Below are positions 28,488 through 38,895 of a stretch of 60,527 nucleotides of DNA, one piece after another. The DNA lies in sequence record DRR723986_5297, one strand, 5' to 3'. The notes beneath the pieces are model-generated. The model made no database searches. It was not told the origin of the DNA and worked only from the letters and a program-made list of their open reading frames with translations. The position numbers were made by a program, and so were the translations under genes. Within the stretch, counting starts at the first letter, position 1; the number at the start of each line of letters is the position of its first letter.

Positions 28488-30341
28488 TTACTTCCAGCTT
28501 TTCTGCTGATTGGCAGGAATTCGTGTGCCCGAAAGATCGCATCGTTGCAGTTTAGTCATCGACCGCAGTAGAGAGAGTGACGAGGCCGTGATTTTGGTCC
28601 CCGTAAGCCAAAGCGTTTCGAGCCCTGGCACGGAAGCAATCGCTTTCAGCATCTGATCGTCGACAGGACTGTCTGAAAGATCAAGTTCCTTCAGTTGCCG
28701 GAGATCTGAAACACTCGTTAGCATCTGAGCATCAACCTGAGTGCCCTCCAGGCTCAATCGCGACAGCCCACCTGCCGATGCAACAATCTGACTAAGATGC
28801 TGTTGGCTTAAGTTTGTGTAGGCGCAATCCAACCACCGTGTGTGCTTGGCAAATTTCGCTATCGTCGCCCAGCTCTCGTCGGCGAGCCTGCTGCCCGCAA
28901 GGACAAGGTCTCTCGGGGAAACATCCTGCGGAGTTCGGACATTGAGCATTTGAACATCGGCGTCAGTGACCGTCATCAACTCCTGGTAGCTCTGCATAGC
29001 CGACGTGTCGGTGCCGCCTAAAGTTTGCAGCAATTCAATACTGCTTCCTGCACCGGAATACACACCATTCAAAGTGCCGAGGAATTCACGCCGGCTTGCC
29101 GGACTCACTCTGCGATCCATAAACATGTGAGTTAGGCCTGCGGCGTGGGAATAAAGAGTGGCTATCTCGGGATCCAGTTTCCATGCCTCAATCCCACCTC
29201 CAGCGAACTCGCGCATCTTCGGCCAAAATCCATCGCGAACGCCTCGGTATCTCGCTGTTTGCAGCCGTGGTGAGTCCCATCCACCGACACTCCACGAAAA
29301 TCCCCGCCGCTTCAAGGATTCCATGTAGATCGCGATACCTTCAACCAACCAATAATCTTGGTTCTTTCCGGCGGAAAGTGCATCTGAAAAACCACAGCAC
29401 TCTGCAAGCAACTGGTGAGTAAGTTCATGATGCAGCGTGTCTTGGAGATCGTCAGCAATATAAAACAGCGACTTGCCGGCTGTTGGGGAGTAGTATCCGA
29501 CGGAAACCCCTGCGTTATCCTCCGACTGCGAGAGCATTTTCAAATAAGAATTTCGATCGGGTAGCAAAACCACATCGACACGATTACGCCGAACTGCGAG
29601 CGGGATTTTTCTCTCTAATGCATCGGCGAGCTTTCCATCCTGCAACCAGACCGGAGCAAACACTTGAGTCCAGAGCGCGTAATATTGCTCAAGTTGCTGA
29701 GCAAACCGTAGTGTTTCCCCACGGCCAGCCTTGGAGACCAAGTTGAAGTGCGGAGTAGTTGCGAGCAAGTATGTCCGCGGTGCCCAGTTCAATTCAGGCT
29801 GCGGGCCGCTTCCACTTCGAACGCGAGGTTTGGCAGCAACAGCTCGCGCCAGTCCACCAAGGATTTTGCTCGCAAATTTGTGGTCAGGGTCTTCTCGTAG
29901 GCACTTCCAAAGCAGGCGGTATGCGGCGGCCTGATTGTCATTGGCGAGCGATTCTGCACGTTGAAAAAACAGCTCAGCGCGGGCTACTCTGCATTCATTG
30001 AAGTGACCGATCCACTTTGTAGCCGTCGGCGATTCAGAAACCCCAACGTCCTTCAAAGATTTGCCCACTGGCAAATAAAGTGGTAGCTGATCAGCACGAG
30101 GCTTCTCAGCCCAGGAACGCGACACATCGGCCGCTGCGTCCAAGCCTAGTTGTTCGCAGACATCGCCCAATCGCTCCAGTTCCGCCAGTGATTCTCCCTC
30201 TGCGGCATAAGCTCGCGACATGCATTCGATGGGCCAGGCGGGAGACAATACGACGATCAGCACCGCAGGCAGCCACGAGACCGCAGGCAGACATGGGCGG
30301 CGGCGATTGTTTGAGTAGCGTATTTGCTGGCCTAGCGGCAT
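28488..30341 (-). CDS. Exported protein with HExxH (DUF1570-like) domain and C-terminal leucine-rich repeats
   Basis: LHHELTHQL then WLVEGIA; LRR units LSLEGTQV, LDLSDSPV, LWLTGTKI, CDLSGTRI. Confidence 0.7.
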   Translation of the reverse strand: MPLGQQIRYSNNRRRPCLPAVSWLPAVLIVVLSPAWPIECMSRAYAAEGESLAELERLGDVCEQLGLDAAADVSRSWAEKPRADQLPLYLPVGKSLKDVGVSESPTATKWIGHFNECRVARAELFFQRAESLANDNQAAAYRLLWKCLREDPDHKFASKILGGLARAVAAKPRVRSGSGPQPELNWAPRTYLLATTPHFNLVSKAGRGETLRFAQQLEQYYALWTQVFAPVWLQDGKLADALERKIPLAVRRNRVDVVLLPDRNSYLKMLSQSEDNAGVSVGYYSPTAGKSLFYIADDLQDTLHHELTHQLLAECCGFSDALSAGKNQDYWLVEGIAIYMESLKRRGFSWSVGGWDSPRLQTARYRGVRDGFWPKMREFAGGGIEAWKLDPEIATLYSHAAGLTHMFMDRRVSPASRREFLGTLNGVYSGAGSSIELLQTLGGTDTSAMQSYQELMTVTDADVQMLNVRTPQDVSPRDLVLAGSRLADESWATIAKFAKHTRWLDCAYTNLSQQHLSQIVASAGGLSRLSLEGTQVDAQMLTSVSDLRQLKELDLSDSPVDDQMLKAIASVPGLETLWLTGTKITASSLSLLRSMTKLQRCDLSGTRIPANQQKSWK

Positions 30342-30679
30342 TTCGAAAACCCACTGTCCGTTTCAAGCCTCTGTTCAACACCAAACTGTATTGTAGACGG
30401 TGCCGACGCCCAGGGCCAAACCGATCCAACTTCGAAGCCGAGTAAGCCACCCATCGGTTCTGATATTGCTGGTAAGTCGAATCGAAGCCCCGCGTCCCAC
30501 CGCGATTCCTTCGGCCTGATATCAAGTCTGTAGCTCAGCTATCAAACCTTCAAACATGCCACCGCGTGCTCCCAGGACCAAGTGGCATCTCACGAAACTT
30601 CTTACACTGGGACGAGAAGCTCACAAAACCATCACGGCAGAAATCTTCTTAGCCACACATAAGAAAGTATCAACCCAAT

Positions 30680-31606
30680 ATGCTCGATCGAAGGATTCAC
30701 CGATTAGTGGTCGCTGGCATTTGCACAGTGTGTCTTGCGGGGATGCGCTCGTCCGCCTCCGCCGCCGACGCGTTGCAGGCAGGCCGTTCAAGCGAAGTTG
30801 GCGCTGAATCGGCAACGTCGCGCGACAATCTGTCACGGGACTCACTGGTCGCTTGGTGCATCGTTCCGTTCGATTCCACCAAGCGGTCTCCTGAACAGCG
30901 TGCCAAGATGCTAGATGATCTTGGGCTAAAGCGGCTGGCCTACGACTGGCGCGAAGAGCACGTTCCAACATGGGACGATGAATTGGCGGCTTTAAAGAAG
31001 TACGACATCGAGCTGACTGCATTCTGGTGCTCAAGCAGCCTAACACCCGCGAAAGATAAATCGACGCAGCGGATTGTGCAATTCTTAAAAAGAACAGGCA
31101 CCTCCACTCAGTTGTGGGTCATGCTGCCCGACCAAGAGCTCGCGAAGATTTCTGACGAATCGAAACGCATCGCTCGAGCTGCCAAGGCGATACGAGAGCT
31201 GGCTGAACAGGCCGCTTCGCTAGATTGCCAAGTTGGCTTGTATAACCACGGTGGCTGGATCGGCCGGCCCGACGTGCTGGTGAAAGTGATGGAGGAGCTT
31301 TCCGATTTAGACAATGTGGGCATCGTCTACAATTTTCATCATGCCCATGACGACCTCGAAGCGTTTCCACAGGCATTGTCGTCGATGAAGCCCTATCTCC
31401 TGTGCCTCAACTTGAACGGCACAACCGTCGGCGGCCCGAAGATTCTCCCGTTTGGTTCTGGCGACGAGGATTCCAAGATCTTGTCGTGGATTCGATCTAC
31501 CGAATACTCTGGTCCGATTGGAATCCTTGACCATCGCAGTGAACAAGACGCCAAACTTTCGCTCCAACAAAACCTGGATGGACTGCAGAGGCTGCTAAAA
31601 CGGTAG
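30680..31606 (+). CDS. Sugar phosphate isomerase/epimerase (AP endonuclease 2 TIM barrel) family, exported
   Basis: GLYNHGGW, VYNFHHAH, LNLNG, GILDH; signal peptide. Confidence 0.75.
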   Translation: MLDRRIHRLVVAGICTVCLAGMRSSASAADALQAGRSSEVGAESATSRDNLSRDSLVAWCIVPFDSTKRSPEQRAKMLDDLGLKRLAYDWREEHVPTWDDELAALKKYDIELTAFWCSSSLTPAKDKSTQRIVQFLKRTGTSTQLWVMLPDQELAKISDESKRIARAAKAIRELAEQAASLDCQVGLYNHGGWIGRPDVLVKVMEELSDLDNVGIVYNFHHAHDDLEAFPQALSSMKPYLLCLNLNGTTVGGPKILPFGSGDEDSKILSWIRSTEYSGPIGILDHRSEQDAKLSLQQNLDGLQRLLKR

Positions 31607-31663
31607 TGCAATACCAGCAACAGTCTCCGTGTTGCAGTTTCGCGTTTCGGTCATTCGGCACGC

Positions 31664-32524
31664 TTAGTCATCGGAAAAATCACGACAGTGCGGGCAGCTC
31701 TTGCCGCCGTTCAGTCCCGTGGTGTGCCGGAAATCATCGGCAAACGTCATGCTCGGAACGTAAATACGATCTCCGGGTTGCAATTGATAGTTCGTAGAGA
31801 CATCGCCAAGCTGAAGGACGCGTTGGTAGCAAATGGGCAGGATCAATCTCGGTTGATCGGCTTTTCGTGGACGCGTCAGAATGATTTTGTGTTCGTTCGC
31901 GCGGTCGGACAGTCCTCCTGCAGCGATGATTGCATCCAAAGCAGTTTCGCTGCCCGTGAGTGGGTAGGACCCAGGAGCGTTCACTTCCCCCATGACGTAG
32001 ACCAACCCGCGTTCTTTGCTAATCAAGCGAACTCCGACACTCAAATCGGGTTGCGGAGAATCCGATGGACTAGAGTGTGAAGCAAGGCCGACCTTAGGCT
32101 TCTGGGACTCAACAACCACAATCGCGTGCTGCACGCGTTGCTGAATGTCTGGAACGGTTAGCCCGGCGACCTGCATCCGCCCATAACTGCCCAGATCGAT
32201 CGTGCCATCCTGCTGGACGGTATGGTCGCTGGGGATCTGGACGGGTGAATTGAAGTCGTTGGGCTCAATCACAAGGACGTCGCCCGCCTCCACCTCGTGT
32301 GGATTCAAAGGGGCTTTTTGAAGTTCTGTCGCTACGTCAGTTCGGTGGCCCGCCTCTTGTCGGACTTCGACAGCATCCTCGAGCAAGTAGTTGAGCCCCG
32401 AGGAGACAGGTAGGCCGAGCGAAGCAGCAGTTCTGCAGCCTGCAATGCAAGCGAATCCGATGACCAATACGCTGATAGACGCGGTGGCGCGCGAGCTGCC
32501 GAGCCACGGTGAACGGGGTGTCAT
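31664..32524 (-). CDS. Polysaccharide biosynthesis/export (Wza-like, Poly_export plus SLBB) lipoprotein
   Basis: Lipobox IAGC; GDVL...DGTIDLGSYGRMQVAGLT; VYVMGEVNAPG, AAGGLSDRA, LQPGDRIYVP. Confidence 0.85.
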   Translation of the reverse strand: MTPRSPWLGSSRATASISVLVIGFACIAGCRTAASLGLPVSSGLNYLLEDAVEVRQEAGHRTDVATELQKAPLNPHEVEAGDVLVIEPNDFNSPVQIPSDHTVQQDGTIDLGSYGRMQVAGLTVPDIQQRVQHAIVVVESQKPKVGLASHSSPSDSPQPDLSVGVRLISKERGLVYVMGEVNAPGSYPLTGSETALDAIIAAGGLSDRANEHKIILTRPRKADQPRLILPICYQRVLQLGDVSTNYQLQPGDRIYVPSMTFADDFRHTTGLNGGKSCPHCRDFSDD

Positions 32525-32536
32525 AATTAGAAAATC

Positions 32537-35500
32537 CTAACGATTGGTATTCTGACTGGGGCGTCGAACTGCCATGTTCGCGGCTTGATTGCCGATTGCC
32601 GTTGAAAGGACAAAACGAAGTGTGTCTTGCGATAGGCTCTTGCCGGGTTGCACATGAATGGTTGGCCTGGATGCCGTGCCTGTCACAGCGGCATAAATCA
32701 CGCGATCTTTGAGCGCGTCATTGGCTTTTGCAATCAAAGCAACCGGAGCTGGTGCGGCCAGCATTAATGGCGAGTTGGCGAGATCAACCAAGCCGTCCGC
32801 CGGGCCTGACTGATTAGTAATCGCAGTGATGTCCATGTTGAGGCGTCCCGCAAGTGTTGCAGTGCCGTCCATCAACACCAAAATGCCGCTCTTGGACAAA
32901 GTGGCGTCGTCAATGTGCACCAAGCCGCCACCTAATCGGCCATGAATGATTCCGAGGTCATCTTTGCCAAGCTTGTTTGCAGTAAAGCTTGGCATCTTTG
33001 CAATACTCAGTAACTGGTCAAATCCTGGCACTTCAAACCCCTGTAGCTGAGACAGTTCGATGGTGAAGTTGCCTACGATGTCTTCGGGGGCTCGCGCGCG
33101 TCGAGCTCTTAGATTGATGCTACCACCAACGATTCCGGCGTTAACGGATTTGCCACGCATCAACTTGGCCGTGTCAACGTTTGCGATTCGTACGCCCGTC
33201 GTAAATGAAGCAATCTGCTTCGCGACGCTCCCCTCTGAATCAATACTCACGGTTCCACCGCCAGTCTGAATCGAAGCCCCTCGAGTGCGCCAGGTTGCTC
33301 GGTCCGCAGCGATCTGATAATCCGCCGTCAATGGCATTCGGATCTCACGTATTGCGAGACCGCTTGCGACGACATTGCTTGCCTTCATGCGAACATTTGC
33401 GGTGCACAGACCTCCAATACGTCCATCGACGGCAATACTGCCCGAGCCACTCACATCGCGGGCGAGCGAAGGGACTGGGGCGAGGGCTCGACGTAGGCTA
33501 GCGTTCTCTAGTGACAATCGATAGCGACCGTTCAGCGGTGCAAAAGCAAGGTCCAATTCTCCACGGGCACTGCCGCCAGCGACCTTCCCAGACATCTTCC
33601 GGACTTTCACATCCGTCATCCGTGGAATGATCTCTGCTGACAACCGAGTCGCAATGATGCTGTTCTTGTAGCCAACGTAATCTACAACTCCGTTGGCATA
33701 ACAGAGAATTCCATCGCGAATGGCGTCTCGATTTCGAACCGCTGACAAGCTGCCAGCAATCCGCAGATCACGAAGTTTTCGCGGCCTGTCGAAAGTTACA
33801 ATGAAGGGCTTGGCGTTGATTGAAGTCGTCTGCACTGAAAATTCGACCGGCACAAATTCAGGCTTGGCACCAGCTTTTTGCCAAGCGATCAATTCGGGCA
33901 GATTCGCGTTGGCGACCAATTCAACGTTGCCGCCAGCAACCTGGGCGGTTGCCTTCACGTCGGCTTGGCCGCCGGCAACCTGCAGTGCTTCTGTAGTGAC
34001 AGAGAACGGGATGCTTCCCAGTTTGGCCTCAGTGATTCCAAGCTTGCCTGTTGCATTGAGTGTTTCGATCGAGGCGATTTCGTTCAGGGACACTTGTCCA
34101 AAGATGGCTCCTGAGACGGTCGCCGGCAAAAGCCCTGGCGGCACGAGCCGGCTGAGCTGGATATTCTCACACGTCGCGATTACTTGAGTCGTCGTCCAAT
34201 CAAGGCTCCTCAAGATCGCTCCACAAGCTAGCTGCCCACCAAAAAAGTCGGCCGATGAGGATTGAAGCTGCACGGCTTCCTTCGTTGCGGACCAATTTAG
34301 GTGCGCATCGCCAACACTGAACTGCTGAACAGTTGAATTGCTCAGCTCAAGCGTACCTCCGGCATTGAATGCTCCCGACAAGAGTTCGACGGCGACGTTG
34401 CCTTTTGCTTGAGCAGTCCCCGCAAGCGCAAGTGGTGACTTGGAAAACTGCGATATCGACATGCCGATGTCGCGTAGTGGAATTGGCGTTGCCTCAAATG
34501 CCAGTTCAGCAATCGGTTGTTGCCCCAAATCAACCTGTCCGCCGATGCGGCAGCGCGTCTCACGCCACGCCAATTCAAACGGAACAATGTTGGCCAGTCC
34601 GCTATCCACGTTGACTTGCATTTGTAGATCACTCAGCCGTTCGCCAGCAACCGTCACCTCTTGTGTGGTAATCGCCGCGGAACCCGTCCACTGACGTGCA
34701 TTTGCAAACTCCAGCAACGCTGCTTTGGCACTGCCTTGCACCGCAATCTGGCTGGCACGTCCAACACGAGCCTTCGTGGCTACGGCCATCGCGCCGGCAT
34801 CCTCTTGCACCGTAATCACGGCAGTTGGCGCGTTGAGTTCTATCTGACCATCCGCTAGCTGAGCGGATACTTGAATCGGTGTCACCGCAAACCCGGCAGC
34901 TTTGGCCGGAGTCGAGTACACATCGACGCGGGCAGCGTAGGTTTCTGGATTTGCCACTGATGCGAGTGGCACATGTGCCCGCGCCTTGAATGCAACCCGC
35001 CCATCCAAGTCATCCAGCCTCGCAAGTTCGCTGAGCCTCTTCAGCTCAACGCCGTCGCTCGCCGCGACCACGTCAGCCGTTCCCGAAAGGGTGCCACTGG
35101 AGACGTCCAGCCGTCCTGTTGACGAAAATTCTACATTGACCGGATCCACTGCGATTCCAGATGCAACAATCTGATTCAACGAGTGGTCTAGCGAAGCAGA
35201 AAAGATCAGTGAGTCCGATTCTAGTTTCGCGTCCACTTTCGCTTGAATGTTTGCTCGAGCCTCAACGGGAACATCTGGTGAAACGAGCCGCAAGAGCCGT
35301 CCGACGTCAACGGAGCTGGTCAGCAATTGTGCTTGCACGCGCGGCACTTGAGCGTGCAGGTCGGCGCTGGAGTGCAGCCGCAAGTCGCCGCCGCAAACTG
35401 GTCCGGTAACGTCTAAAACACAACGCCCTGAATCATTCCTACCACGAATGGAAACATACTCGCTGTATCCCTCCGCAAGGTACGCGCTATAGATGCGCTC

Positions 35501-36481
35501 TGGGTTCGTTGCCGACGCGGAATTTGCATTCAGGTCGGCTAAGTCTTTGCCCTTCAGATCAGTTATATCGACTCGAAGAGCGAAATCATGATTGCGCAAA
35601 TCAAGGTCGTTCGCGGGGTGCTCGATAAGTGCCGCGCAGTAGACGTCGGTGCTGAACGCAACTTTGCCCAGAGCATCTGGCACGAGCGCCAGTTGACTAA
35701 GTTGCTTACAGTCTAGGTGCATTGGCTGCATCTCGAGCGACGTCTTGCCCTCAAAAGTCGTCGCATCAACGTTGCTCAGCAATGCAGCCTGCGTGCCCAG
35801 AAGATTTCCAATCGTTGCCCGAACACCAAGTCGGTCGTCTGCGGTGACGGCACAATTGACGTCCGCAATCTTGATCGTCTGCTTACCGAGCTGGCTTACA
35901 CTAAATGACGCATCCGAGATTGAGAACTGCCGTAGTGGTACTTGGATCTTGCCGAGCGGCTGCGGTTCTTTTTTACTGCCGGATGGAAAGTGGGATAGCA
36001 GGTTTCCAGTCGCATCAAATCGCAAAAAGAACTCGGGTTTACGGATGGCCAGTTTTTCAGCCCAAACTCCCTTGCGAAGACCGCGCCATATGGTGGGCTC
36101 TAGCAGGATCTCTTCCACTAGTAGCTGAGGCTGTCCGTCAAGCTTCCGCTCGCGAACAGCTAGTCCGCTCAGGCGGATTGCGGACCATCCAATTTCGACT
36201 TTTCCAACCGAGACATCGTTGCCCAACGCGTAGCCACCGGCCCAAGCAATCACCGAACGCGCGATCATGTTCCGCGCAAGCAGGCCCACGATGGCAAGGA
36301 GGATCCCCACCATGGCTAGGCGCCGGGCGTATTTGAACAGGCGTTTCTTCAAGTGACGCAACTTTCGATCGCGCAGTCGTATCTTGCTAGCTAACCCAAA
36401 GATCCGCCGCAGCGGATGCTGCGCAGCAGAATATTCAATAGCAACTTCAGGGCAGTTCTGGGTGTTAGCAGAATCGCGCAC
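32537..36481 (-). CDS. AsmA-like/TamB-like large beta-strand-rich membrane-anchored protein
   Basis: Single N-terminal TM, ~1250 aa of amphipathic beta-strand repeats, and an AsmA-like C-terminus (GTATLAGRLNM, VTGTASRPTI). The true start may be downstream. Confidence 0.7.
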   Translation of the reverse strand: MRDSANTQNCPEVAIEYSAAQHPLRRIFGLASKIRLRDRKLRHLKKRLFKYARRLAMVGILLAIVGLLARNMIARSVIAWAGGYALGNDVSVGKVEIGWSAIRLSGLAVRERKLDGQPQLLVEEILLEPTIWRGLRKGVWAEKLAIRKPEFFLRFDATGNLLSHFPSGSKKEPQPLGKIQVPLRQFSISDASFSVSQLGKQTIKIADVNCAVTADDRLGVRATIGNLLGTQAALLSNVDATTFEGKTSLEMQPMHLDCKQLSQLALVPDALGKVAFSTDVYCAALIEHPANDLDLRNHDFALRVDITDLKGKDLADLNANSASATNPERIYSAYLAEGYSEYVSIRGRNDSGRCVLDVTGPVCGGDLRLHSSADLHAQVPRVQAQLLTSSVDVGRLLRLVSPDVPVEARANIQAKVDAKLESDSLIFSASLDHSLNQIVASGIAVDPVNVEFSSTGRLDVSSGTLSGTADVVAASDGVELKRLSELARLDDLDGRVAFKARAHVPLASVANPETYAARVDVYSTPAKAAGFAVTPIQVSAQLADGQIELNAPTAVITVQEDAGAMAVATKARVGRASQIAVQGSAKAALLEFANARQWTGSAAITTQEVTVAGERLSDLQMQVNVDSGLANIVPFELAWRETRCRIGGQVDLGQQPIAELAFEATPIPLRDIGMSISQFSKSPLALAGTAQAKGNVAVELLSGAFNAGGTLELSNSTVQQFSVGDAHLNWSATKEAVQLQSSSADFFGGQLACGAILRSLDWTTTQVIATCENIQLSRLVPPGLLPATVSGAIFGQVSLNEIASIETLNATGKLGITEAKLGSIPFSVTTEALQVAGGQADVKATAQVAGGNVELVANANLPELIAWQKAGAKPEFVPVEFSVQTTSINAKPFIVTFDRPRKLRDLRIAGSLSAVRNRDAIRDGILCYANGVVDYVGYKNSIIATRLSAEIIPRMTDVKVRKMSGKVAGGSARGELDLAFAPLNGRYRLSLENASLRRALAPVPSLARDVSGSGSIAVDGRIGGLCTANVRMKASNVVASGLAIREIRMPLTADYQIAADRATWRTRGASIQTGGGTVSIDSEGSVAKQIASFTTGVRIANVDTAKLMRGKSVNAGIVGGSINLRARRARAPEDIVGNFTIELSQLQGFEVPGFDQLLSIAKMPSFTANKLGKDDLGIIHGRLGGGLVHIDDATLSKSGILVLMDGTATLAGRLNMDITAITNQSGPADGLVDLANSPLMLAAPAPVALIAKANDALKDRVIYAAVTGTASRPTIHVQPGKSLSQDTLRFVLSTAIGNQAANMAVRRPSQNTNR

Positions 36482-36708
36482 CGCGCGTCAATCTGTGGGG
36501 TTTTCCACAGGTCGGGCCAGCGCAGGAAACCTGTACCGAAGAAGCGCGCCAATAACTTGCGCAAGACCAAGCGGGCAAGGCGCGTGCTTCGTACTAGGGG
36601 CAGGTACCAGGCGCAACGCGGCTTGCGAAGCTGGTGCAGGAAAGCGCGCGCAGAAGTGTTCGCGAGGAAAGTTAGTAGCCGCGAAGAAACTAATGGTCGC
36701 GAATAAAG

Positions 36709-36748
36709 AAAGGGCATGCCGTGAGGCATGCCGTGAGGCATGCCCTTT
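36709..36748 (-). terminator. Intrinsic terminator of fusA built from three GGCATGCC palindromes
   Basis: Plus strand reads aaagGGCATGCC-gtga-GGCATGCC-gtga-GGCATGCCcttt. On the minus strand the hairpin is followed by tttctttatt, about 30 bp after the fusA stop. Confidence 0.7.
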
Positions 36749-36777
36749 GCGTAATTTTCGTCAGAAGAAGCTAGCGA

Positions 36778-38895
36778 TTACTTAGCGCCAGCGAGTTCCT
36801 TTTTGCTGCGAGCAGCGACGATTTCATCTTGGACGTTGTTCGGTACCTTGCGGTAGGCGAGCAATTCCATCGTGAACGTTCCTTGCCCCTTCGTCATACT
36901 TCGAAGATCCGTGGCGTAACCAAACGTTTCCGCCAAAGGAACTTCAGCGATGATGTAGGAGGTGTTGTCTCGAACGTCGGTCGAGCCAACCAATCCACGG
37001 CGGCGAATAACATCGCCAACCACATCACCCTGGTACTCCTCTGGACACTCCAGTTCACACTTCATGATTGGTTCAAGAAGCATTGGGTTGGAGGATCTCA
37101 GGATTTCACGGAAGCAACCTTGAGCAGCGATGTAGAACGCTCGTTCCGACGAGTCAACTTCGTGGTAGCTACCGTCGTTGAGATCGATCTTAACACCAAC
37201 CACGGGGTACTCTGCCAGAGGTCCCTTGTTGAGAGAGTCTCGCATACCCTTTTCGATTGGAGCAATGAACTGCTTCGGAATACGACCACCGACGATGTGC
37301 TCTTCGAACACGAACAGCTCGTCGCCTTCTGGATCGATCGGAGTCATTTCGCCCTTCATGTGAGCAAATTGACCAGAACCACCGGTTTGCTTCTTGTGCT
37401 TGTAATCAAACGGCACAGCCTTACCAGGAGCTTCACGGTAGCTCACCTTAGGAGCCCCCGCTTCGATCTCGATCTTGTATTCCCGACGCATCCGCTCGAT
37501 ATAAATATCCAGGTGAAGTTCACCCATACCGCAGATGATCGTTTCGTTGGTTTCCTCGTCGTTGTAGACTCGGAACGTTGGATCTTCCTTACGGAACCGC
37601 TGAAGCGCCTTGCCCATCTTGTCCGAGTCGGCACGGCTAGCAGGATTGACCGAGACCTTAATCACAGGCTCCGGCACAAACATACTTTCCAGTGTGCAGA
37701 AATCTCGTTCATTGGCATACGTTTCACCGGAGGCACAATCGATACCCATGATGGCTACGATGTCCCCAGCTCCAGCCTCATCGATTTCCTCGCGGTCATC
37801 GGAGTGCATTCGGACGATACGGCTAAAGCGATCCTTCCGGCCAGTACGCTGGTTGACGTACATTTCGCCCTTCTTGATCGAACCTTGGTAGATTCGCATG
37901 AAGGTCAATTGACCGTAGGGGTCTTCAACGATCTTGAATGCCATCCCGACGAAAGGATCGTTCGGGTCTGGCTTCAGAGCCATCTTTTCAGTTTCGTCGC
38001 CAACCTTACTTGCCGAAATTTCGCGTTCCAGTGGACTTGGCAGGTAGCGAGCTACACCGTCAAGCAAAGGCTGAACACCCTTGTTCTTGAACGCACTTCC
38101 GACGAAGACAGGTGTGAAGCCTTGATTCTGGACTGCATCTTTGATGACAGAGTGAATCAAGTCCTCAGAGACTTCTTCTTCGCTGAGCAGTAGTTCCATC
38201 AGTTCGTCGTTGTACATCGACATGCTCTCGAGCATCGCAGCGCGGTACTCGGTAGCTTCGTCCTGCATGTCTTCAGGAATGTCGCTGTATTCAACAGTTT
38301 CACCTTGATCGCCAACGAACGTGAGCTTCTTCATGGTGACCAGATCGATGACACCCGCGAAGGTTTCACCGGCACCGATTGGCAACTGCACAAGAACGGC
38401 GTCCGTGTTCAGCTTCTCACGCATCATGCCGACAACCTTGTGCGCGTCGGCACCGGTTCGGTCCATCTTGTTGATGAAGGCCAGGCGAGGCACGTTGTAT
38501 CGACGCATTTGACGGTCAACGGTCAACGACTGACTCTGAACACCACCAACTGCACAAAGAACCAGAACGGCACCATCAAGGACGCGAAGACTACGCTCTA
38601 CTTCGATCGTAAAGTCCACGTGACCGGGTGTGTCGATCAGGTTGATGTGGTGAGGCGTCTTGATATAGTCCGCTTGTGGACCACCCCAGGAAACGCTGGT
38701 AGCAGCACTGGTGATCGTGATACCACGCTCTTGCTCCAGTTCCATGTGGTCCATCTTCGCGCCATCGCCACCACCCTTGACCTCTTCAATCTTGTGAATT
38801 CGGCCGGTGTAGAAGAGGATCCGCTCACTCAACGTCGTCTTACCGGAGTCAATGTGAGCACTAATGCCAATGTTACGTACTTTTGAAAGGTCCAT
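36778..38895 (-). CDS. fusA: Elongation factor G (stand-alone copy)
   Basis: AHIDSGKTT, RGITI, DTPGHVDF, NKMDR, GMGELHL, KKQTGGSGQF, LRSMTKG. Confidence 0.97.
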   Translation of the reverse strand: MDLSKVRNIGISAHIDSGKTTLSERILFYTGRIHKIEEVKGGGDGAKMDHMELEQERGITITSAATSVSWGGPQADYIKTPHHINLIDTPGHVDFTIEVERSLRVLDGAVLVLCAVGGVQSQSLTVDRQMRRYNVPRLAFINKMDRTGADAHKVVGMMREKLNTDAVLVQLPIGAGETFAGVIDLVTMKKLTFVGDQGETVEYSDIPEDMQDEATEYRAAMLESMSMYNDELMELLLSEEEVSEDLIHSVIKDAVQNQGFTPVFVGSAFKNKGVQPLLDGVARYLPSPLEREISASKVGDETEKMALKPDPNDPFVGMAFKIVEDPYGQLTFMRIYQGSIKKGEMYVNQRTGRKDRFSRIVRMHSDDREEIDEAGAGDIVAIMGIDCASGETYANERDFCTLESMFVPEPVIKVSVNPASRADSDKMGKALQRFRKEDPTFRVYNDEETNETIICGMGELHLDIYIERMRREYKIEIEAGAPKVSYREAPGKAVPFDYKHKKQTGGSGQFAHMKGEMTPIDPEGDELFVFEEHIVGGRIPKQFIAPIEKGMRDSLNKGPLAEYPVVGVKIDLNDGSYHEVDSSERAFYIAAQGCFREILRSSNPMLLEPIMKCELECPEEYQGDVVGDVIRRRGLVGSTDVRDNTSYIIAEVPLAETFGYATDLRSMTKGQGTFTMELLAYRKVPNNVQDEIVAARSKKELAGAK

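Noticed and set aside
36829..38886. Long plus-strand ORFs (454 aa and 193 aa) opposite fusA
   Set aside because: Antisense shadows of a codon-biased gene; no recognisable motifs.
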